A DNA stretch of 64,000 nt from a virus, in IMG/VR virus record IMGVR_UViG_3300037418_003885, positions 7,249-71,248 of that record. One strand, given 5' to 3'. The notes beneath the pieces are model-generated. The model did not search any database and was not told the DNA's origin. It saw only the letters and a list, made by a program, of their open reading frames with translations. Of this stretch, positions 56,884-64,000 are shown in pieces (the stretch's first letter is position 1; each line of letters opens with the position of its first letter). The translations under genes were made by a program, and so were the position numbers.

Positions 56884-57915
56884 TTAGCCTCGGTTAGCCG
56901 TGCGCTGCCGCAGTCTTGCTAATAAATCCTGCGGTTCGGAGTCGGCACGGGCCGCTACCGTCGGCCGGTTTTCCACGGCTTCAACTTCCTCGTCCAGAGT
57001 TGTTGTCGTCGTCGGCTCTGAGACGTAGGGTTGTTGTGGCTGCATCGGTTTCGATGCTACTGCCCGCACCGCACTGTCAAGGGCATCGGCCGCCTCCGAC
57101 GCCATACGGCCACCACCAAACGGCCGATAGTAGCTGCCAAACGACGCGTAGTCGAAGGGTTCTCCCGCGACCGAAGCCTCGAACATCGCCCTGATGACTG
57201 CAACGCCGTCGGCATCGGGACGAGCCCCCTTAAACTCCTTCAGGTCCCACAGGCCGTACTGCTCAATCGCCAACATTTCCGACTCAGTGAGTGCCCGCGA
57301 ACGCCGCGCCCATTCACTGGTATCATAATTGTTGTACTCCCCCTTCCGTGTCTTGCGGATGCGGAAGTCGCAGCCATTGAGATAGTCGGTCGGCAGGTTC
57401 TCCATGTCTGGATCAACCAGACCGGCCTTGATCTTCTCCAGGAGCGCGCTGCCCAGGACAAAGCGACGGATTGGGTTCTCTGGCGTGTTCGCCTCAACAA
57501 GCGGCGACGAGACGACAAACCCTTGGGTGATGTAGCTCCGCTTCTTGTAGTACTTCCGCGCCTTGTCCCTTCGTTCGTCGTTCCACCATGGCCGCGTCGC
57601 GGCGATGATCGGACAAATGTCACCGAACATATCAACGCAAGGCACGGTGACCGTCACCAAGCGATCGGTGGGATAATCGCCGCCGACAACACCCTGAAAG
57701 GGCAGCCGAATGGTCTGCCGCGCAATCCAGAAAAACGGATTGTTGTTGTCCTTGTCGGGGAGAAATCGCAAGGTAGCCGCTGCATTTTCCGGAATGTCCC
57801 AGAACGGGTAGGATGCGTTATCGCCTCCGCTAGAGGCGGATGCTCGGTTGCCGTTTTTCTTTTCCGCTTCCTCCCGGATGCGGGCGCGCAAGGCTTCAAG
57901 TTTAGAATCTGCCAT
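56884..57915 (-). CDS. T4 gp32-like single-stranded DNA-binding protein
   Basis: 'LRFLPD..N..FFW', 'PC..M....CPI', 'PTDY..G.DF.I.K..KG.Y..Y..S.W', acidic tail. Confidence 0.85.
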   Translation of the reverse strand: MADSKLEALRARIREEAEKKNGNRASASSGGDNASYPFWDIPENAAATLRFLPDKDNNNPFFWIARQTIRLPFQGVVGGDYPTDRLVTVTVPCVDMFGDICPIIAATRPWWNDERRDKARKYYKKRSYITQGFVVSSPLVEANTPENPIRRFVLGSALLEKIKAGLVDPDMENLPTDYLNGCDFRIRKTRKGEYNNYDTSEWARRSRALTESEMLAIEQYGLWDLKEFKGARPDADGVAVIRAMFEASVAGEPFDYASFGSYYRPFGGGRMASEAADALDSAVRAVASKPMQPQQPYVSEPTTTTTLDEEVEAVENRPTVAARADSEPQDLLARLRQRTANRG

Positions 57916-58023
57916 AAAGTATTTGCCTTTCTAGTTTGCCAATGAAATTTGCCTGACACCGATCGTTTGATCAACGTCGGCGTATTTATCGGTGCAGTTA
58001 TTGTCTGCACTGACAAGAACAAC

Positions 58024-58668
58024 CTAACCCAATTGTGATGTCGATTTCAAGAAGTTTATCAGAGGAATAACTTGATGACGGAGACCGCTGGCGGCTAGTT
58101 CCGGATGCGCTGCACCGAGTATCTTCCACATCACTTCTTCAAGACGTGAGTTCGGGCCGGAGGCCACCTTGTGGATTTGCGGCAGACGGAAAACCTTGGT
58201 GAACAACACGTCCATGTGGTCGTCGATCAGGCGTATCTGCGTCTGATCCTGAAAGCGAACTCCGTCGGCAATCGATGCATTCGCTATCGGCGGCAATAAA
58301 AAGATCAAGTCATAGCGGCCGAGGAAAAGGTCATTCACCAAAAAGCGATGCATATCCTGTAACACCAAACGCTGCCGCCGATCGCTCGGATCAGCGTATA
58401 GACAGGCGTAAAAATACGGACTGATAGTCCCGCTGTCGCAGACGATGAACTTGATGTCGGCCGGTACGGCGTCTTCGATTTCCTGTTGATATAGTCGGGT
58501 ACGGTATTGCTCCCAGATTGAGGTCATCGGGCCGTTCTTGGCGATCTCACCTCTGATCCATTCAGGCACAAGTTCGGTGCTGCGGCCTGCCTGTTTCAGC
58601 GCGGCGAAAACCTGCGTCGCCAGCGTGCTTTTGCCGGAAGTGGGCGCGCCCACAAAAACAATGCGCAT
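58024..58668 (-). CDS. AAA_28/NadR-like P-loop kinase or ATPase
   Basis: GAPTSGKST, 'VPE..R', 'IVCDS', 'YDLIFLL', 'DGVR'. Confidence 0.75.
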   Translation of the reverse strand: MRIVFVGAPTSGKSTLATQVFAALKQAGRSTELVPEWIRGEIAKNGPMTSIWEQYRTRLYQQEIEDAVPADIKFIVCDSGTISPYFYACLYADPSDRRQRLVLQDMHRFLVNDLFLGRYDLIFLLPPIANASIADGVRFQDQTQIRLIDDHMDVLFTKVFRLPQIHKVASGPNSRLEEVMWKILGAAHPELAASGLRHQVIPLINFLKSTSQLG

Positions 58669-58758
58669 CGTTATTGATCCTAGATAAGTGCGATAAAACT
58701 AAAATCCCCGCCGAAGGCGAGGATTGTTTATATCCGATCAACGCTTAGCGCGGCTATA

Positions 58759-58965
58759 TCATTCAGAATTCAGTGGCTCCTCAACATCAAAGCCGAAATA
58801 GCTCAGACCCTGGAACTTGGTGCCTGGAAGCTCTCGCTTAATCGCGGTCAACGAGCGCGACAACGCCACGTTAAAGCTGGACGCAGACTCGCTATAGGCT
58901 CGCTGATGAACCGTGCCGTTGACCTCAACAACTCTGACAACAAACTTGTAGCGCATTGCTGCCAT
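58759..58965 (-). CDS. Small hypothetical protein
   Basis: ORF followed by a hairpin near 58703-58726. Confidence 0.45.
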   Translation of the reverse strand: MAAMRYKFVVRVVEVNGTVHQRAYSESASSFNVALSRSLTAIKRELPGTKFQGLSYFGFDVEEPLNSE

Positions 58966-59002
58966 GTAGCTGACGCGCGATGGCCGTGCAAGGACTAGCG
59001 CC

Positions 59003-59962
59003 CTAAGCGGCGACGCCTGCCAGCAACCGGAGCCGCGTCAGCCCGTGGTCGCCGCCTTCAGTGACCTGTTCGGTGACTTGTTGCTCATGGTCATCTTCAT
59101 TGCTGGGAACCACCGCCTTGCGAATTTCACCAGACAAAGAATCGGTCTGATTTTTACTCGGCAGCAGCACGTCTTCGCGTGTCAGATCGCCATTCGCTTC
59201 CTCCGCCAATGGCGCATCGCTCTCGTCTTCGACCATTTCGCGCAAAACGTGATCGGGCATAAAGCTGTCGGCCCAGTCGAGGAACTCCCGCACCACCGGA
59301 TTGCTGCCAAAAATACTTAGAGGAGCAGCACCGCACGTAATGCGTCGGCCAATCGGATCGTGGACCGAGCCACCAGCATCAACATGCCGGGCAAGCGATA
59401 ACGCCGCGCCTAAATCGGCGGTGGGGAACTGCATGCGCTGACCATCCGCGCCTTCAATAAAGATACTGCCGATGTGCTGCGTCCGGGTGCACTGGGCCAC
59501 CGGCCGTGTGTGATGAACGATCACCTTGGCGTTTTCGAGCAACACGTAGCTCGATTTCGACGTGCCATAAATGCCCTTACACAGGTTCATAAGATTTCCC
59601 TCCGAGACCGAAACAAGGTTTTGATAATCCTTGGGGTCGATCTCTTTACCGTACTGTTTTGGTTCAAACGTCATATTATATTTAGTGGCCACCGAACGCA
59701 GTGACTGCAACAGCCCTTCAATATCATTCACGCGCGTCGATTTACCGAACAACAATCCGATATGCGAGTCGTCATCGGCGTCAATGACCGAGACCAGGAT
59801 GTTGGGTGACGCGGCAAACATGCGCCGGGCCTCGGACGGCTCGGCGACGGCCATGCCGTCGGCATCGAACATTTTTACGACATAGTCGTACTCCAAAAGG
59901 ACTTGAAATACTTCCTTAGCGGCACCGGCGACATTCATGAGAGGGCCTACGAACTTTTGCAT
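59003..59962 (-). CDS. Conserved jumbo-phage (probable virion) protein
   Basis: 'EP.EARR.F', 'G.SKSSY..LENAK.I..H', 'I.SIFIE...G.R', 'ARHV..GG...D..G'; TAAATA at the 5' end. Confidence 0.65.
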   Translation of the reverse strand: MQKFVGPLMNVAGAAKEVFQVLLEYDYVVKMFDADGMAVAEPSEARRMFAASPNILVSVIDADDDSHIGLLFGKSTRVNDIEGLLQSLRSVATKYNMTFEPKQYGKEIDPKDYQNLVSVSEGNLMNLCKGIYGTSKSSYVLLENAKVIVHHTRPVAQCTRTQHIGSIFIEGADGQRMQFPTADLGAALSLARHVDAGGSVHDPIGRRITCGAAPLSIFGSNPVVREFLDWADSFMPDHVLREMVEDESDAPLAEEANGDLTREDVLLPSKNQTDSLSGEIRKAVVPSNEDDHEQQVTEQVTEGGDHGLTRLRLLAGVAA

Positions 59963-59998
59963 ATTTATTGTTACGTGACACAATGAATAAATCGATGC

Positions 59999-60463
59999 AT
60001 GAAGACACTTATCGCCGGGATGGCTTTTATATTGTGCTCAGCACAAGCGGCACCACCGATTACCCCCAATCCGCTCCTTACACCCGGCGCCTATATTCAG
60101 CCGCCGACACCGCTTGACGTGCTGTGCAAGCCTGGGCACAGCGCCGAGATGCGCGATGTCACGCAGGCGACTAAACGTCAAGTGTTTCAGGAATATGGTC
60201 TCGCAAATCTGAGCGATGCCGAGCGGGCCGCCTTCGAGGTCGATCACCTCATTCCGCTCAGCCTTGACGGTTCAAATGATTTAAAGAACCTGTGGCCGCA
60301 AAGCTACAGAACCCAGCCGTTGAACGCGCACCGTAAGGACATGCTGGAACTAGTGCTGCATGTTATGGTTTGTCGCCATCAGCTTGACCTACTCACGGCC
60401 CAGCACGCGATCGCGACAGACTGGGTGACAGCCTACAACCACTATGTGTTGCACCAGCCCTGA
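59999..60463 (+). CDS. HNH-motif protein with a signal peptide
   Basis: 'EVDHLIPLSL.GSN..KNLWPQ', 'KD.LE..LH..VC'. Confidence 0.75.
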   Translation: MKTLIAGMAFILCSAQAAPPITPNPLLTPGAYIQPPTPLDVLCKPGHSAEMRDVTQATKRQVFQEYGLANLSDAERAAFEVDHLIPLSLDGSNDLKNLWPQSYRTQPLNAHRKDMLELVLHVMVCRHQLDLLTAQHAIATDWVTAYNHYVLHQP

Positions 60464-60714
60464 CATTGATTGACAAATCGTTCAAACCTGATAATATCGC
60501 CGGAGATGGAGCTACCCAGAATGATCATTCTGAAAAATCTTACCGAGATCGTGCTGGCAAAGCGCCAGCAGATCACCGAAGCCGAAGAGGCCGAAACCGC
60601 ACTGCGCAAGGAGCTTGATGGGCTGGGCACCGAGCCGACCGTCAGCTTTAAGGGTCCACAGGCGGCGACCGATCTTTTGGATTGGCTTGACGCAACCGGC
60701 TGAGGGGAACGGCG

Positions 60715-61203
60715 ATGAGCGTTTCATTTTGCGGCTATGTTTGGAACGGAAATGGCCTCGATTTCCCGCCCGAGATCAGCAAGCGTCTGCCGGAGTCAAT
60801 CATGCCGGTGCACGGGACGCCGGAGTTTCAGGATTGGTATAATGGCGAGGGCGATCAGTCGCGCTTTAGCAATCCCGACTATGATCCGCGCCTGACCGTC
60901 AATCTAAACCAGCGCAATGCCCGCTACGTGCTGAACGAGCTTGGCTTCCTCGCGGATCAAGACGGCGAGTTGAGTGGCGTTATGGCACTCGACAGCTTCG
61001 TCATCGGCGTTTCTGAAGCCATCCGCCGGTTGGGCAACGAACGGGAGCCCGGTTTTGGCAGCTACATCGAGCGCACGCCGGGTAGGATGATCAGCATCAA
61101 CTGCGGCATACCCGACGGCTACCTGAACGACCGGCTCGCAAGCCTGCTGAGGCTGGCCGAAGCCGCGAAAGAGTATGGTGCCACCCTTATCGGGTGGGAC
61201 TAA
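60715..61203 (+). CDS. Hypothetical protein
   Basis: ORF with RBS in a co-oriented run. Confidence 0.55.
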   Translation: MSVSFCGYVWNGNGLDFPPEISKRLPESIMPVHGTPEFQDWYNGEGDQSRFSNPDYDPRLTVNLNQRNARYVLNELGFLADQDGELSGVMALDSFVIGVSEAIRRLGNEREPGFGSYIERTPGRMISINCGIPDGYLNDRLASLLRLAEAAKEYGATLIGWD

Positions 61204-61220
61204 TAAAGCCGCCATCGACC

Positions 61221-61532
61221 ATGCCCAAGCCCGTCACACTCGCCGACATGCGCGCTGCGCAGATGGAAGCCGAACGTCTCGTTGAGCAACACGGCTTTCA
61301 CCGGTTTGGTGCGACGGCGTCGCGCACCGCCTACACAGACGGCGGAAAGGCCGTGACGTTGCCATCACGCAAGCGCTGGGCGCACCGCGACGGCTTGCGC
61401 GTGACGATTGGCCGTGACACGACATATTTCTATCAAATGGTCGGCAAGCAGCCGGTGACCGTGGCCGTGCTGAAAACCCTTGAGACGCTCGCCCTGCGGC
61501 GAACACTGAAGCGGTTGTTGATGTTGAGGTAG
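61221..61532 (+). CDS. Hypothetical protein
   Basis: Co-oriented ORF. Confidence 0.45.
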   Translation: MPKPVTLADMRAAQMEAERLVEQHGFHRFGATASRTAYTDGGKAVTLPSRKRWAHRDGLRVTIGRDTTYFYQMVGKQPVTVAVLKTLETLALRRTLKRLLMLR

Positions 61533-61540
61533 AAGATCGA

Positions 61541-62107
61541 ATGCAGGAACTTGCTGAAAACACGCCGAGGTTGGCGATCCCGATCCCGAAGATGCTGCGG
61601 GTGCGCCCGGTTGACCGACGCGGCTATCCGATCCCGTTCATCGTCGTGATCGACGGCGAGGGGCGCCCGCAATTTACAATCAACAACCAAAAAGCGGTGC
61701 ACGAGTGCATCACACGGCGGCTGTGTGGCCTCTGTGGACGGCGGCTAACCCGAAACGAGGTATGGTTTATCGGCGGAACCCGGTGCTTTACGGACCCCAA
61801 TGGGGCATTCGTTGATCCGCCATCACACGAGGAATGCGCCCGCTACGCGATTCGCGTCTGTCCGTATCTGGCCGCACCGTCCTATGGTCGCCGAATTGAC
61901 GACAAGCTTCTCGGCTCGATGCCAGCGGGCTTCCCGACACTTGTCAAGGACATGCGCATGCCGGATGACCGACCTGACGCCTTTGGCCTCGGCATGGCGC
62001 ACAGGTACACGATCATCCCGGAACCGGGCATGCCGTTGTTCCGCGTCAAGAATTGGGTTGTGTTCGAGCGCTGGCGACACGGCCAGCGCGTGACTGAAGC
62101 CGCTTAA
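61541..62107 (+). CDS. Conserved Cys/His-rich hypothetical protein
   Basis: 'RGYPIPF', 'LCGLCG', 'FIGG', 'DPP.H.ECA.YA..VCPYL'. Confidence 0.65.
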   Translation: MQELAENTPRLAIPIPKMLRVRPVDRRGYPIPFIVVIDGEGRPQFTINNQKAVHECITRRLCGLCGRRLTRNEVWFIGGTRCFTDPNGAFVDPPSHEECARYAIRVCPYLAAPSYGRRIDDKLLGSMPAGFPTLVKDMRMPDDRPDAFGLGMAHRYTIIPEPGMPLFRVKNWVVFERWRHGQRVTEAA

Positions 62108-62130
62108 GAAAGGCCGTCTACATTGGGGGC

Positions 62131-62490
62131 ATGCGCGTGCGTTTGATAGACCTAAAAGGCAAAACCTTTGGCCGGTTAACGGTTAAAGGACTGGATCGCG
62201 ACTCACACGCGAACAGTGGCGCTATGTGGAAATGCGAGTGTGTATGCGGCGGTAAAAAAACAGTCTCCGGCCATCACCTGCGAAACGGCTCTACAAGCTC
62301 ATGCGGTTGTCTGCGCCGGGAGTCGCAGACCCGAAACATCATGGCCGCAAACAAGGCGGGGCTCAATCGAGGCCCCCGGGCGGCGCAGCCTGGAGACATA
62401 GTCCTAGCAGTGGGCAAGCAGAGATTTGTGCTATCACCGTCCGAGGCACATCAACTTAAAAAGCGTTTGGACGAGGTTCTATCCGATTAA
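62131..62490 (+). CDS. Zn-binding N-terminal module of HNH/AP2 endonucleases, lacking a nuclease domain
   Basis: 'IDL.GK.FGRLTV', 'WKCEC.CG', 'L..G.T.SCGC'. Confidence 0.65.
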   Translation: MRVRLIDLKGKTFGRLTVKGLDRDSHANSGAMWKCECVCGGKKTVSGHHLRNGSTSSCGCLRRESQTRNIMAANKAGLNRGPRAAQPGDIVLAVGKQRFVLSPSEAHQLKKRLDEVLSD

Positions 62491-62511
62491 CAGGAAAAAG
62501 GTTGTAGTCTA

Positions 62512-62763
62512 ATGACAGATGTTAAAGATAACGTGGGCAGCGTTGCGCGAATCCGTAAAGGAATGGAACGAGTGCTCAAGGCGTTAGAGAATGATGATAC
62601 AGTGGGCAAACATGAAGTCGTGGAGATCACCGGGGCGCTCTTTGCCATGTTGTTCGAGACCATGGAAAAAGATGGCCGCATCATTGAGAGCTTGACGACA
62701 TTGAACCTCGCGCTCTCACAGAGAGCAACGTCGGATGAAGTGATGACCGTGACGATCCAATAG
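62512..62763 (+). CDS. Hypothetical protein
   Basis: Co-oriented ORF. Confidence 0.5.
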   Translation: MTDVKDNVGSVARIRKGMERVLKALENDDTVGKHEVVEITGALFAMLFETMEKDGRIIESLTTLNLALSQRATSDEVMTVTIQ

Positions 62764-62889
62764 GGGTTCAGGAGACATCGATGCATACGTGTAGATTTTG
62801 CGGGGGTTGCGTCGAATAGCATATAGCTCGGGGCGGTGCCACCCGAACTTTGTGACCTCTCGCCTCAAGTCCACGATTCTAAATAGCAG

Positions 62890-63507
62890 ATGTTTCTATT
62901 TGAAGTCTTGCAACGGGACCGCACGCTGGCGGCGACATCGCGATTTCGTGAGACCTTCAAGATATTTCAGACCGGCTATCCGGAACTCGGCAAAGCACTA
63001 TTCGAATTCGTCAAGTTCCGATTGGCCAACAATATCCCGTTCGGGCCAAAGGATCGTCCCTTCAACAACAAACTTCGCGGCTACTGGCACTACCATCTGA
63101 TCCACGGCCGCGCCATCGTGGTCTACCAAATCAATCAACATGAACTTAAATTGTTTTGCGTGACCGATCATAGCTACACGCAGCCGCGTGGCGTGGATCG
63201 GCTAGCCGGTTATCTGCAACAGCCCAACGTCACGTTCAGCGAGTATAACATCGACTCGAAGCGAACGCTGTCGCCTGCTCAGGTCAAAGACATCCGAGAT
63301 TTATTCTTTCTCCTGGCGGCTGATCGCGAGGCCCGTGCACATGTCAAGAGCTTCGCCGATTTGCTGGACTATGTGCGCGCCGTCATCGACGAGCCGACGT
63401 GGTCGGAGCGCGAGAAGGACGCAGCCGCGCTCGCCGCGTTCGGCGGTAAAGACGCGATGCTAAAGATGTTGAACACAGCCTTGCGCCAGACAGCAATTCA
63501 TGCTTAA
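62890..63507 (+). CDS. RelE/YafQ-like ribonuclease domain protein with leader-like start (MFLFE)
   Basis: 'KD.P....LRGYWHYHL..G..IVVY.I....L.L....DH'; TAAATA 4 nt upstream (62880-62885). Confidence 0.65.
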   Translation: MFLFEVLQRDRTLAATSRFRETFKIFQTGYPELGKALFEFVKFRLANNIPFGPKDRPFNNKLRGYWHYHLIHGRAIVVYQINQHELKLFCVTDHSYTQPRGVDRLAGYLQQPNVTFSEYNIDSKRTLSPAQVKDIRDLFFLLAADREARAHVKSFADLLDYVRAVIDEPTWSEREKDAAALAAFGGKDAMLKMLNTALRQTAIHA

Positions 63508-63552
63508 GCTCACGTGTTATTGAGCAGTTTTTTTAAGTGAAAGCGAATTCTT

Positions 63553-64000
63553 ATGCAAATCGAACAAACTATCCTGCCCTCTGGGCTGGTGGTTCTGACC
63601 AGCCCGTCTGCCTATCTTGATTCAGCGGCCTTTGGCGCATTTGTAAATGTCGGCTCTCGTCATGAGACGGTCGAGCAAAACGGCATCGCGCACATGACCG
63701 AACATCTGCTTTTTAAGAGAACTTCGACGCGGGATGCGCTCGACATTTCCCGTGAGATCGAAGTGCTCGGCCTGGAGATCAACGCCTTTACCTCTACCGA
63801 CATGACCGCCTATCATTGCACTGGTCTCGGATCGCACATCGACGATTCGATCGAGATCATCGGTGACATGCTGACCGATTCGCAATTTGCGCCCGAAGAT
63901 ATCGCACTCGAAAGCGGCGTGATCCTCCAGGAGATTAGCCGCCACGACGACTCGCCCAGCAGTGTCATGCACGATGCGCTACAGGCCATATCGTATCCCG
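63553..64000 (+). CDS. M16 (pitrilysin-family) zinc peptidase, runs off the window end
   Basis: 'LPSGL.V', 'VGSRHE...NGIAHMTEHLLFK', 'INAFTS' inverted HxxEH motif. Confidence 0.9.
   Translation, partial: MQIEQTILPSGLVVLTSPSAYLDSAAFGAFVNVGSRHETVEQNGIAHMTEHLLFKRTSTRDALDISREIEVLGLEINAFTSTDMTAYHCTGLGSHIDDSIEIIGDMLTDSQFAPEDIALESGVILQEISRHDDSPSSVMHDALQAISYP

Noticed and set aside
55358-57945. Long plus-strand ORFs (55358-56350, 57031-57945) and similar antisense ORFs elsewhere
   Set aside because: They are shadows of well-supported minus-strand genes in GC-rich DNA and have no recognisable motifs.
1-64000. Reverse-transcriptase systems (DGR, retron) or an integron integrase driving the array
   Set aside because: No RT motifs and no tyrosine-recombinase catalytic domain were seen in this window. 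They could lie outside it.

Overview
The window looks like a 64-kb segment of a large (jumbo) T4-superfamily-like dsDNA phage, probably infecting an alphaproteobacterium. This is inferred from gene content, not from a database search. The right third holds a conserved recombination/replication block: gp32-like SSB, UvsX/RecA, UvsY, UvsW, a mini DnaE-like protein and three tRNAs. Both UvsX and UvsW are fractured genes that would need split inteins to be rejoined, and homing-endonuclease remnants lie between the halves. The middle carries virion and tail genes, homing endonucleases and host-like accessory genes. The most striking feature is at about 3-15.3 kb, where roughly 16 same-orientation copies of a composite ~70-bp element (GGTA(G/A)-N~15-GGGTAA-N~25-YCAGCGGGCGTGGATGGCGCT) separate short, unrelated genes one by one, like a cassette array. 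Many of these genes, and several outside the array, start 4-6 nt after a TAAATA late-promoter motif. They carry short N-terminal leaders ending in (L/I/V/M)-x-E (e.g. KNDLRRWMTLVE) fused to toxin- or enzyme-like domains (BrnT, DUF29, ART, GNAT, ParB, RelE/YafQ). My hypothesis is an exchangeable arsenal of capsid-packaged effectors. Other oddities are tRNA-Thr and tRNA-Asn with long variable arms, two double-glycine-leader peptides, an integrase-arm/HNH/AP2 fusion and two candidate structured RNAs. All family assignments come from motif recognition by eye.
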